Source: Pavona decussata (taxonomy: Eukaryota). From it: a DNA stretch of 64,000 bases. The notes beneath the pieces are model-generated. The model saw nothing but the letters and a program-made list of their open reading frames with translations, made no database searches and had not been told where the DNA came from. Below are positions 26,233 through 39,033 of this stretch, one piece after another (positions within the stretch are counted from its first letter, which is position 1; each line of letters opens with the position of its first letter). Location of the stretch: the NCBI GenBank assembly GCA_977016875.1, contig CDRNST010000025.1:2604001-2668000 (forward strand), given 5' to 3'. The position numbers and the translations under genes were made by a program.

Positions 26233-28967
26233 GTGAGAATGATTTAAGACATAAAGATCACACGCTAGGGCGACAATAGAGATAATAAATAACAAAACCG
26301 TTGCAAAACGTCAAGTGCTTTTTTGATACAAATTGATGCCACGAACGCTAAGGTATTTGTATCAGACAGTCCCAACATCTCATAATGGAATCGGTATCAG
26401 TCAGTACTTGGCATTTTATAACGGTTATCTTGTTATCTGACATGGGATCAGTATATTAATACATTTTATCTTTGTAAGTCAACTGTATATATGAGAATTA
26501 TTAAAGGTTTTAATCGGTGAATAGGATTTAGAAATTTGGTAGAGATGTATTAAGAAGTGAAGGAACTTGTTCCCACACGAACATCGATGCCTCGTCTTCA
26601 TTTCACAGCTTCTTTCTTTTTTTTCTTTTTCTATGGCAAGGTCTACTAACCCTGACGTCTACAAAGGCTTTCTCAATGTCCCTTTAAAGACCGATTATCT
26701 TCTCTCGGAACTGAAGGAGAAAAAAAAATTGAATATTGGGGTTAAGGCTGGCCAGGAATAAAGGCCGTCATTTTGGCTTGGGCTATCCTTTGTAGTCTTT
26801 TAAGAAGCAGTTGTTAGGGTATTCCTGGGCACCATCCTGTTATAAAGTAAATAATGTACCCTTTCAACATCTGGGCACTTAGCACGGTCTACGTGCTCTA
26901 GTCATACCAGTCTGCAACTGGCGACTTAATTTGCTTATTCGGTGAATTCCTGGAAAATACCTGACCGTCTCTATCGAGGAAAAATTTCGTGCTTTCGACA
27001 GCCGCAGCTACGGCCTTGCTATGCTTGAGTGAAGAAAATGCGGTCAGACAAAAGCAAAATTACATATGCACTCAAAACGTTAATGAGGACAATCAATATT
27101 GTAATTTTGTGGATCAGGGCCGAGATTCAGAACTTATGAGATCGTACACACACTCCCGAGAAACATTGATCAGAATGCCAGTCCGATTGACTTCTAGAAA
27201 ATTGATGAAACATTTAAGAAACCGTGAACCTTCTAGAGTATATATTAATAGAATTCTTAAGACATTTCTAAGGAGAAATTTGAGACAGAAAGGGAAGAAA
27301 ATTTTGAGAAATTCTGTTCTTGATCGTCTAACTTTTCGTAAAAGAACATGACAACCTCGTGTTTTTCTTGAATGCATTTTTTATACGATACTAAATGATA
27401 TATCCAAATTTGGAGAATATTTCTCGTCAGTCCGTTTTAAATGATTCTCAAGGATTCACTATTAAAATGGATTTCTTAGTAATTCATTGGAAACAAACAG
27501 ATGTCCATAATACGCCCATTTTTTCCCGTCAATTTAATTTTTTGTACACTTCTAAGCCATTTCACTGTCACGTTGTGCTATTGCAATAACAATAACTAAT
27601 ATTTCCTTCATAAGAATAGCTTTGTGGAAGTATTAGGTGACTAATCTCTCAAAGCCAAGTGTTTTAATACTGATGTCACACACTCCACAGACCTAAAGTA
27701 TCAACGCAAGTTTACAAAAAATATTGATTACAGGTTCTCTTTAATTCATTTATCATGTTGTTAAGGGGTCGACAGACTAAATACGCATGTTGCAGCTTAG
27801 TTAAGAGAAACGTTATTAATTGTTTAATACAGGTCCTTCAAATGATGATTTGGCTGAAGATAGCAGGGCTCCTACTAAATCCAAGGAGAGATTGTCACAC
27901 AAAAGGAAAAGGAACATAGAAGATACAGGTAGAAGTGTCTGAATATTTGTTGCTTTCGTGAAATAATACTCATTATTGACAACTTTTTACATGGTTTGAT
28001 GGTGCAATATCACGCACATAAAACAGAAAATGTTACTTAAGAATATCTTACTTTCACTTGCACTTAATTGTTGGAAGTTTCTTATTAGGAGGTTAATTTT
28101 CCGGACTACATCTCTAACAAAGAATTATGGACTTTGCTTGCGGAAAAGTAGGTACACCAAAGAACTGCTGAGTCGTAAGATTACAGGACAAAGGTTAAGG
28201 ACTCGCGTGGTCAACAAAGTACAATGTACCAAAGTACCAATGTCTAACTAGAATAAATTAAAATGAAAACCTTTGTTTGGAAATCTAATGCTGGTTTGTA
28301 ATGTAACGAACGATTAGTCCTTTGCTGTTAAAAGAAGATATTGAATTCCTAGTTTTATTAAATACATTTTAAGAAAATACGACTTGGTGATATATTCAAA
28401 TTTCAAGAATGTTTCGTCGTTTTGGAAATATTCTCATGGATTTAATTTTAAAATGTTTTTTTTTTACGCCTTAGTGGATGGGTACACTCTGAAACTGAAG
28501 AAAAAAATGAAGAAACTTTTTCGTAATGTTTTAATAGTTTTTATTGTTCATAACATGTTCATGCCCATGGATGGCAAGAAGAACTGGGCAAACGGAGCTG
28601 AGGAACAACTGAACAAACCAGAACCGCAAACGAACGAACAAGCGGAAGTTCGAGCGAACGAACAAGCGGGTGAGCGAACGGACAGCCGAATTACCGAGTT
28701 AATGATCAAACGGACCACGGGGCGTTCACCGGCGAAAAGGAACGAACGAAAGACCGAGTCAGGAACGAACTCACAAACTAGATAAACAGCTGAACGACGG
28801 AGTGGACAACCCTTTTGTTTGCAGTCATAAGCGCTTTGAGGTTGCATTAAAATATTAGAAAATCGATCCTCATAAGCGCTTATGACTACAAACAAAAGGA
28901 TGCGTTATAATCAAGTGGAGCTTCAGAACATTTAGAAGGACTAATACGGTTTTTTGTTACTCTTCAG

Positions 28968-30433
28968 CGAAGCAAAGTTTACGTGATGTCGAGCAACTGC
29001 AATGTTATCCTAGAAACGCCACCAGGATGACTGACGTATCAAGGAGGTTGGACGAGATTGCTTCAGACAAAGGCTACATAGTTTCTGACAATGAGGGATT
29101 AGGAAATTGCATGTTCTACGCATTGTCAGAACAAATTTTCCTTGTGAAAGGAATTCAAATCTCTCATAACGTTTTGAGGCAGCACGCAGTCCAGTATCTC
29201 GAAAGGAACCCTACACTAGTAAGTAGCTGAGAGTGAAGGAGCTTAAAGAGGCACTGTTATGGCGATTTTGCTGTATTTTTGTCAAAACTGCTCAAATATT
29301 TGACAAAGAACCTGTTTTATAACATGACATTGCTCTTACAACACCGGGAAGAAAATATCAAGGCTTTTCTCCTAGAAAGAACAAAACACAATTAATTTTA
29401 AGCGACTTTCCTAAAATACAGTGGAAGAACTTGAAAAAATTGGCCAATTTTTCTCAAGTTGCAATCCACTTCCATCCTAGCCATCCGCAGGCAAACATAA
29501 CTGAAGGTGGCTTCTGTGCTCTAGTTGCTTTATCGTTATCAAAACTGAACCATTATTCTAACGATTCCATTGAAGAAAAATACGTTTTTTGGCTATTCAT
29601 AGCCACTGCCCCTTTTAAAAATGTGGACTTTCTGACTGTATCCCCACTTTCAGGAAACTGACTGTCAATTCATGACCAAAAGGCAACATAAATGAAATAT
29701 AGATTATAAAACAGTCATCGAAAGTAGGATTCCAGCTCAATTCATCGTTTATTTTGCAGGAATAATGAATTGGACAGCATATTTTATTCCAAACACTAGA
29801 CATTAATAGAGACTCTGAGAGTAGTTACTGTTCATTAAATTGGTGCACTGGTGTCTGACGAAGGGTTATTGGAGCTAAACTAAAATATTGTCAGATATTT
29901 AGGGCATCTCACCTTCATTCTTACAGAAATGAGTGAGATTGACCTTCTGATCATCTTCGAAAGGACGTTTTCACGATCAAACTTAAGAAATGGGCAAAAA
30001 ATAGAAACAAATTCCTTGCTAGATATTGCCTTTCTCCTTACGAGCTCCAACCGAATATGATGCCAACCTCATTCCCATGGTATCTCCTCTTCCTGTCCTG
30101 GAGAGACCCTGGGAACGAGGTTGAAATGATGCTTATTCTTATTATTTTCTTGTCTTCATTCAGATGGGACACAACTGTTCAATTTTGTTCACGGGTATCA
30201 GTCTTGGTCTGATTACCTAACAAAGATGTCTGCAGATGGCACGTGGGGTGATCACATAGTTCTTCATGCTGTAGCAAACTGCTATGAAACATGCATTCAT
30301 GTGATTAGCAGTCTGTCACCCAATCATGACGTTACCATCAGCCCAGAACAAAAACGTGATGTTGAAAGCAGTAACCGGCTTGTGCTGGGGCACTTACACG
30401 AGCACCACTATGTCAGTCTTCGACCCAAACCAG
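28968..30433 (+). pseudogene. Copy B OTU exons (28968-29218 and 30160-30433)
   Basis: GNCMFYALSEQ and HHYVSL are retained. The second-exon acceptor reads cttcat|tca instead of ttcag|tca. Confidence 0.82.
29247..29614. mobile_element. Non-autonomous DNA element flanked by TTAA, copy B specific
   Basis: ttaa|agaggcactg ... cactgcccctt|ttaa; not present in the A intron at about 10030. Confidence 0.65.
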
Positions 30434-31874
30434 GTAAATGGGCTTCACAGTTAAACTTCCAAATATAGGTATTGGCAAATACAAGCTAGTCGGTTTGACC
30501 TACGAGAAGATAACCAAGGCCAAACTAAACGATAAATTGGGTAAATTTTAATGCGAGCTAAACGCATATCTAGTTATTGTTACTTGTGTCATCTGCATAG
30601 AATGTGGATTAGTTACACTGTAAAATATCTCGAGGGTTATTATTTTTTTTGGAGCCATTTCTACAAACATTTATGAATGTCAACTTTCAAAATGCTTATA
30701 CAGTCAACTCCTGCTAAAACAGGGGCCTTTAGTACAAGTGAGAACTGATGCAATAAATAACAACCTGTACCTCCGCGTCTTCTATTCTTCTATAAACAGA
30801 CGAGAGAAAGGTTGATTTCAGAACTTCCTGCTGAAACACAAGCGGTCTTCTTATGAGAAGAAATTCTAAGAACTTTTCGTCCGCCATGTTTTTACAGAGG
30901 AAGCAACATGCGCACTAGGCCAAGAATCGAGTACGTTGGCCGAGATGTTAAGCCTTTTACACGTACCATATCATAATTTCACATCGTTTAACACGGTAGA
31001 AAAAAGGACGCGTAAATTAATAATCAGTACTATTTTTTTGGAACGCGTACCACATTCATCCGAGTCGTGCCAAAAATGTTCTGTCGTGTAAATGGGGCTT
31101 TAACTCCTACTGTGCAATCTATCAGAGGGAAGCTTCTAAGCAATGCTTTGCGGTGCTAGGTGTCTTATCCTTTGCAAGGTGCACAGGTCTAGCCGTTTGG
31201 TCTGAAATCCTGTTCATACTCAAGTGAAAGCTATAGGGTGGTACTTCAGTGGATTCTTTTTGTTTGTTTGTTGAGTTTTTTTTAAGTAATAGCTCCAATG
31301 AAACGTCTTGCATGAAATACCAAGATTGAGACCACATTAGAACAATAAAACTGCCGAGCGCTACTTTCCCTTTGAACTGAGAGGTTCTAAAGCGTCTAGA
31401 AGTTCATGCATATCAGAACGATGGAATGGTAATATTTGAATCAAACACTTACAGGTAGTTCTAGAGATGAAGATATGCCAACGCCAACATCCAAAAGAGG
31501 GTCATCATTTCCCAGTCCTGGTCAGTGCTCCAAGCGACTTCTGGACAACACAGGTAATAAGTTCTGGAGTTTTTTACAGATGTACAACGCGACTGTCAGA
31601 CGAAATTGAATGTTTCGGTTTTAATTTACATTTTATTGACATGACCACCACATATACAACTATCACATTCTAGATTTTGTATTAAATTCATAAATTGTGT
31701 ATCAATTTTTAGTAATTTTGTATTCGTTGTATATATGTTACCAAATCTATTGATAATTTTCAACGTCCACTTCGCCATTAATGCCTTTCTGTCTTCCAAC
31801 AAATCCCCAAATACACAGATTTTTCTGCAAATCAACAATATGAAAATAGACTCACGAGCCTTTTGCCTTCGTAG

Positions 31875-32158
31875 GTTTAGCGAAAGAAGGATGTCCGTCT
31901 GATGATGAACTAGAACGTCTATCAATGAATCTAGAGGAATGGAGGCCGCTTGGGCGTCGACTGAATTTTAACAATGCACAGCTGACTGGGTTTGATAAAG
32001 ACACTGAATTATGGCGTGAGAAAGCCTTTGCCATGCTAATGGCGTGGAAGCGAAGAGAAGGCAAATCTGCGACATACAGAGTCTTATATGAAGCATTGCG
32101 TCATGAATTTGTAAATCGTAAAGATTTAGCGGAGAAAATTTGCTGCCACTCTGACTGA
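31875..32158 (+). pseudogene. Copy B Death domain exon (open, about 6 nt differences from A)
   Basis: ORF 31925-32158 is nearly identical to 13389-13622. Confidence 0.85.
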
Positions 32159-33871
32159 GAAGCTGTCTTATATTTCTTTTTGACAATTTTTTTGACTCCA
32201 CAGCATTAACTCTCCTAAATTTTGGAGAGCAATTTGGTGTCATTTAATCTGTGTATTCTATGTATATTTTCCATAGCCAAACTGTACTGATATGAATCGC
32301 ATAACTTCTATTATTACAAATAATTAATATACAATTTGTTTAATAAGAGCAATTGAACAAGTTTGAGTTCTCCTTTGATACTCTTCTCCTGTTTCTCTAT
32401 TTATTTATGTGCTTATTTATTTTATTCTATACTTGTGTGTGTATTATCAATGTATTTGTTCCGAAAATTCATAGCATGCAAATTAATATTGTAGTCAATT
32501 TCAGTTTTAAGCCTCTTTTCTGGCTTTGTATTTTTCAACTGATAAATGATACCCCGGGATGATAGTCACCCAACTAGTTTAGCTTTGTAGTTATTTTGAG
32601 TGTCCAGCGACTGTGTGTTTTTATAAATTTGATATTATAGGTATTTATTCATTGAAGTTACAGTACAAATAAACGTTTTTATTGTTGCTGTTGGCCTGTT
32701 TTGACCAGCTGTGAAAGTCAAAGAATGTTTTCTTACATGAGGTACCTCTGGGTAATTTACTCATTTTTTGTATGTGAAGAGCCAGCGAACACAGCATAAC
32801 TCGTAAAAATATACAGCGACAGTACAATCCGAAATATTTAAGAGGATATATCTAATTTATGTACGACCAGAGCTAAGCATTGGGAACAGCCTTGATGAAA
32901 TAAATACAAAGGACGAAGACTCAAGAAAAACGAGCGGAAAGGACGAGTGACTGACCTAGAATGACCCAAATCTCCCGCCAAAAACCCTAAATACCTCAAG
33001 AACACCCCACAAGCACCCTCGAACCTCGAATTTCGTGCCGCCAGAATATTAATTTCTGACTAATTCATTTACGCTATTTAAGAAAAACGTGGTAGATGGG
33101 GCGTACCCACGTCCACTTTTGCGATTTTATTACGGTGGGAAAAAAACAGTTCCCATCGTTGGGTTAATTTGTCCGCACACTCTGTTCTAATACACTCAGT
33201 CGAACTTTATTTGACGAGTCAGTTTTCCTTTTTCTTGTAGTGTTAGTTGGAATCAGTTTATTTCCCTTAAAACGAGGGTTAATATTCTCCAGCATATCTT
33301 GTCAAAAAGAGGGTCATGAATTTATCACAGATTTTATTCGGAAATACATTGTTGAACATTTTTTCTGATATTGTGACCTCTATTTTAAAACCTGTTTCTT
33401 TCTTAGATAGCGACATAAAAAGCAGGGAACACAGAAAAGGTGAGGACACTTACAGGAGGAGGCGACGAGGCTAATATGTTTATTAATCCTTAATAAGCTT
33501 TCGAACAAAAAAAACCCTCCCCACCCCTCCCCTCCAAAAAAAATTATCGATTCGCTAAAGTGCTTATGTTTTGCATATGCACTTGAAACGGCCATAGAAT
33601 ACTAAACTGGCGCGAAATGTGAAATTGCGGCCTGATTGAGTAGCCTATCAGGGTCCATGTTTAAATACACTCAATACAGGACATGTTTCAGCAATGATTA
33701 TTGAAAATGCGGCCGCATTTTCAGAATAAATTGGAAATGGTGCCCCCCTCCTCCCCGACAGTTTTCCCTCCATTTTCCTTTGGCTTATTGCATATTATCC
33801 GTCGTCGGGTATATTATGAAACATTTATCACAGCCTTGCACTATACGCGTTTTTGTTGATTTAAGATCACA

Positions 33872-34009
33872 TAGCCCAATTTCGATATATTAAAATTCAG
33901 CCTGAAATTGAATAAACATCACCCATATAAACTCTACAATTTGTTCCCCAGAGCCCCGTAGTGATGTTATTGTTTCCGGCTGAATTTTAATATATCGAAA
34001 TTGGGCTAT
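33872..34009. mobile_element. Palindromic MITE (paralog at about 14517-14672)
   Basis: tagcccaatttcgatatattaaaattcagcc ... ggctgaattttaatatatcgaaattgggcta. Confidence 0.7.
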
Positions 34010-35565
34010 AAACCTTCTAATTTGCACCTGGCGGGGGTGGTGGCAGGGGCAGGCAAATTTCTGGGGGATGATTTTTAGGATGTTTTTCTGTCCTGGACAG
34101 CATATCATTTAGCTATTGCCTTTCTTAATCGGTAAGTGGTTCAAGTGTTTTGACCCCATGCGCGTTATGGAAGGATAGGAAGGGGGGAAGGGGGATGGTT
34201 TGGGGGGTGGGAAGAGAGAGAGGGTCGATGACTTTGAGCATTACTAACTTCTGCTAGAATGTATCAGGTAGCTTTTGGGTAACACATTTTAACAGTTCAT
34301 TACTCACTTCACGTACAATTGACAATGACTACACTTGATATTTCCACGGAAACAAGTTTTTTCAAATGTGAGTTTCTTTACTTTATTTTAAACAGTTTAA
34401 TTTATTGGTGTTTTTCATTAGTTAAGATTTTTTGAGTCAATTTGGATGGTATCTTGAGGTTTTCAGTGTAGGGCCGGGATTAAGAAATCCAAGATGGCGG
34501 CAGACCAGAACGAAATAATGACCTGTTTCCTATGACGTAATCGCCTTATTTTTGTTGACCTCTAAGGAAAGAGCGTTCGGCCTACTAGATAACAAGCAAT
34601 TGGCGTGTTTTTAATGCTCTTGAAGTTGCGAAGCGGAGTTAAGGGCACAATGTACCCACGAATGCTCTGAAAATCTCACAACCCCTTTGTCAGTAAGCAG
34701 CCTCGAAATATATCGAGTTCTTCCACCAATCTGTGAATGTGTGACCCAACCTTAGATCCCAGGCAAACGCAGTTCAAATCTCTTTACCAACTTAGAATAA
34801 ACAACGAGTACAGCATCATCTGCTACGATCTTGGACAGGGTCCCAAAGTAAATCAGAGATGGCTGCATTACAGTAATAGAATCCCGATAAAACGATGTAC
34901 CATGGTAGAATTGAATCATTACATCGAAGATCGTTGTATTTGGGTTCCACTGTTTAATCAGGTCAGTTTTATGAGACAGCCACACCCGCCCCACCCCGCG
35001 GAGTTTTTAATAACTCATCTTTTGTTCGACCTGGATCAACGTTTCTGAACTTTGTTAAAAGCCAAGTACAAAAGAAAAAAAAATAAGGAAAGAAATTTAT
35101 TGCGTTCGACGTAGTAGGAGCTCACTCCTAATACAGATTGGAGTCGAGATTATGTGGGACAATGAACGGATCTTGGGATGTCTGGCATCTCTCGCAGATT
35201 TTGCAGGAGCTGATGACATCATCAACTTTGTTTCAAAGGAGAGGAGCCTGGGATCGAGATCATCGAAAGCATATTCTGCCATTATCACTAGTTGTATAAA
35301 TATATATACCAGAAAATATACAACAGCTGACTAGGTTTTGAAATAATAACAGCAATAAAAAAGCCACAATGCCCGGCCTCCTGAAAAAAAGATCGAGTGG
35401 ATATTATATACGATAAAAATTACGTGTGAGACAGAACATGCATGACTGCAAAGGAATTTCCGTGTTCATTGAGGCGTAGAGATTTCAGCGAATTGTAAAA
35501 GGAAGTGCTTACCTCGCAGTTGGATTATTCGATTGCCACGTTTTATATTGAGTTTCGCTTTTTAG

Positions 35566-35603
35566 TGGTTACAGCACCCGTTCAGCGACGTCTGAAGAAA
35601 TTG
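35566..35603 (+). other. Candidate 5'-UTR exon of copy C
   Basis: tttttag|tggttacag ... aattg|gtaagt, conserved at 63430-63468. No transcript evidence. Confidence 0.4.
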
Positions 35604-38600
35604 GTAAGTACACGGGTAATCTTCAGCACTTTTCGTTGGGCAACATGTTTGCATGAATCCGATCGACTTGAATGGCGCTTATTATGTTGGTGGACTGGCT
35701 TCTCCTAGTTGTAACACAGGAAAATTTACCTTCTCTCACGCAGAAATGACTAAAAGATTGTGTTTGCAGCGTTTGTCTTTTCAGTTGCTCTCTCATTCCA
35801 GGAAGTTTTACTTGTCGGTCGAGTCTCAAAGTATCAAATGCCTCAGCAATGTTATTAGCGTGAACTTGAAATTTCGAAGAATTGCTTCGACAATTGGCTT
35901 TTTGTTCGCTGGATTGTCAACATTTGAGCCCTTATGCGCTTGTTACCATTTTATAACTGTCAGGCACTTTATTTTTTAGGAATCAAAATGGGAAATGAGA
36001 AAAGCAGTCAGACAGTCGTAAATCTTGGCTGATTTCACATGCAATGCAAATTGATTTGTCTCATACGATTGTTTTGACTGATTGTGTTCTTAGTTGTAGC
36101 GTTCTAAAATTTTTACACTGTCAAAGTTTTATTGAAATGTTTCATTTTTAACGTGATTAAACGGTTTGTTAAGGATGGATTTCAAGTCTCAGTGTGCAAG
36201 TCATGAAAGTGGCGAATTTTTCTGTCTGTCAGTCACAGATCACCCAAGTATAACATTACTTTCGGCAAATACAAAAGTTGTTTGTTTGGTATTACTAAAA
36301 CTCACAATTTGGGCAAGACATTAAAGTCAAGTTACTGGTGAGTATAAAATAAAGCATCACATGGTGTTGTCTACCATTACAATGGGTTTAAATGCGTTTC
36401 TGAACAGTTTTTGGAGCCAGCAATTAAAAAAAGTCTCTATGTTGTAGAAGTGGATTAATGTATTAATAAGCAAGGACTTAATTTTATATGCAAGAGCGAA
36501 TTTGACAGACGTCTTGTTTACAAACTGCCTCGAACTCATTCTCCCATGAAATTATTTTATTTTATCATTCCTACTTAACGACCTACTTGACGCGCAGAGA
36601 AAAGCATAACATACAAATATTTTTCTGAAAAGCATTCGCACATATCTTGTCATTCTTGAGAATGCCCACAAAAACACCAAAGCGCATCAAAAATGCTGGT
36701 GTGGAGTTCGTGAGTCACATTGAGTGTCACAGTCAACCCAGGTCACGCGTGAACGGTATTTTCGAAATTTGAACGCAGTTTTGAAATTTATATGTTAGTT
36801 TTGAAAATCGCCAACGGGATTTCAGAGTTCCCGTATAAATTTCCCTAGCTTATTGACAGTATAAAGCTATGTATTTTTCTTTACTTTGCAAAATTAAATA
36901 TTTTAAGAATTACAATTGTTTCCCAAGTATTTTGAATCTTTTTTTTTCAGTTAATGCGTCTTTTTCGGAACGATTTTTGGAGAAATGTCCAACATTCCAT
37001 TCACACGTCGGACAGAACAAAGAATGTTTATTTCATTCTTGGAAATACTGTTCACGCGTGACCTGGATTGGCTGTAAGCACTGCATGGGAACCAGAGTGA
37101 AATTGAGCCCCAGGGAGGGAGGAGCGAGATAGTTTTTGATCTCTCCTCGTTGGAAGGTGGTGAGGTAATGCTACCTCGGCTTGAACCCAACAAGACAACT
37201 GCAAGAAAAAATGGAAGTGTTCCGCATCCGTATGGCCCTTTTATGCTTCTTGTCGAGCTTGGTAAGGCTTCATTAGTTGAGTCTAGGAAAAGGATATTTG
37301 ATATTAACTGAGTTTCATGTGTGTGAGCTAGGCGGCTGAAGAATACCCCGTCAACTTACGGCATTTTCAGACAAAGCAAATTAAATTAATCTTGTTAATT
37401 TTTGTTCTTTGAAGGAAAGGCAGCGGTGTGGCAATATTGTCGTTACCGGCTTGTTCTTGTCAGAAATCGTAAAAATCGTAAATATTATGCTTGGGTAACA
37501 AGTGTCTGTTACCACTGCAAGTTATAGGCAACAGACAGAACTTTTAACTCAGGAAATTAGGCAAAGTAAGGTTTTTTAAACTGATGTGTCATGTGCATGA
37601 AGTACATACAAAAGAGTACGGTTATTGGGGAGACCAAAATCTGATATAAGTAAAACAAATAAGAACATAAGAAATCTTACTCACATGATCATATACAATG
37701 TATTTGAAAACTAAAAAAAAAATAATCAATTACAATAATAACGAATTATTACAGAGGAAACAGTCCGCACTTTTCGTTAACGAGATTAGCAAGACCAACA
37801 GATTTATTCCACCTCTTGAAAGTAGGTAACGTACCAGAAGATCTTACGAAATCATTTAATTTGGACCAGATCACTATGTAGTTATGTTTACCATATGCAT
37901 GGAAAGTGGTGAAATGCCCGGAGTATTCCACCGTGTTGGGAGAAGGGGGTGTTAATTAAAGATTTGAATTGATCGGCGCATGATCTCGCCAAAGAAGACT
38001 TTCCAGTTGTAATTTCAGTTCAAACTGAATTGAAATTGAGGGGGGGAGGGGGGGGGAAGCTAAAGATAAAAAAGACATTAAGCTACCTCAAGCGTCACGT
38101 CCTCTCATCATGCAGGATTCTTAATGTCACGTAAAATGTATTAAGTCACGCAGGATCCATCTCGTCATTTAGTCCAACGCAAATCACGAAGCGCGTTCCT
38201 CGGGCCCCAACGCGCGCGATCCGTGCGGAAGGGAGGAAAACCGAATACCAGCAGCTGTAGCAGGGCGGCCTTAGTTCCAGTCCTCTTTCTCCTGTTTCCA
38301 ACTTAACAACTATACCTATTATGACGACTAGAAAAATGCTCAAAAATGTTTTATTGCCGGTTTTCATTGTCGATTTTTGTCACGCCATTGAAAAAAAAAA
38401 AAATGGAAACCATTCCATGAATGAAGTAAAGAAATTGACAAGTTTTGGATGATGAATAAATAAGGAATCTGTCCAAGTGTTAAGGTCTGTGCGGTATTCT
38501 GTACTCGAGTTACTTGACAAAATGTTTCACACCGAATATTTAGAGCTTATGGCGGCCGAAAATAGGAAAAAAACATCTGGAGTTCACTTTTCCAGAGAAG

Positions 38601-39033
38601 GGGTTTGTTTTCCCTTGTGAATTTTCGAATGTTAGGATAAATATTTCTCCTCAAACTTAAATTTTTGAGAATGCTAAAAATCACTCGAAGATACGACCGT
38701 CGTCCTTTATGGCACGCACGATGAAAACTCGGAAATTGAAACTGTTCTATTTTCAAAAAGGAAGTACGACATCGAGCTAAGAAATTGTGAAAACACATAT
38801 TTTTAGGTAATCTTGCCCTGAATGAAGACCTCCCGGTTTTGAATTTTACAATTTGGTGTCGTCACGTGAAAACCAAGGATTGCTTTTTGTCCGCGTGGAA
38901 GCAGCCACCCTTCATAAAGAGTATACCAGGGTGGCTCCTATTATTACTTTAAAAATACTGATATCGATTATTTGAATTTCCATTTGAATTTCAGTCTTCC
39001 TATGTAACGGAGTGAGACAGTGTTTCCAAGGCT

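Larger units (their letters stand above)
15846..32158 (+). pseudogene. Copy B pseudogene: (TPR deleted)-Roc-COR-GT4-OTU-Death
   Basis: Exon homologs at 15846-15965 (TPR-exon tail), 17695-18080, 19317-20048, 20431-20680, 22610-23390, 24098-24231, 25022-26232, 27833-27928, 28968-29218, 30160-30433, 31455-31553 and 31875-32158. Lesions: TPR deletion, donor GT>AT at about 15966, +1 T at about 19939, 2-nt deletion at about 25612, TGA at 26181, acceptor AG>AT at 30158-30159. Confidence 0.85.

Noticed and set aside
28384-28895. ORFs 9310-9513, 28384-28785 and 28548-28895
   Set aside because: They derive from an intronic repeat rich in aacgaac units that ends in a palindrome (about 9537-9622). Frames differ between copies and it is absent from C.
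779-32158. Naming the gene LRRK2, DAPK1, MFHAS1 or TTC28
   Set aside because: No kinase, LRR or CHAT domain is visible; only individual domains are shared, so no gene symbol is assigned.
37140-37262. Additional upstream exon of copy C ending at cttg|gtaagg
   Set aside because: Only a donor-like motif; no paralog in the window and no supportable frame.
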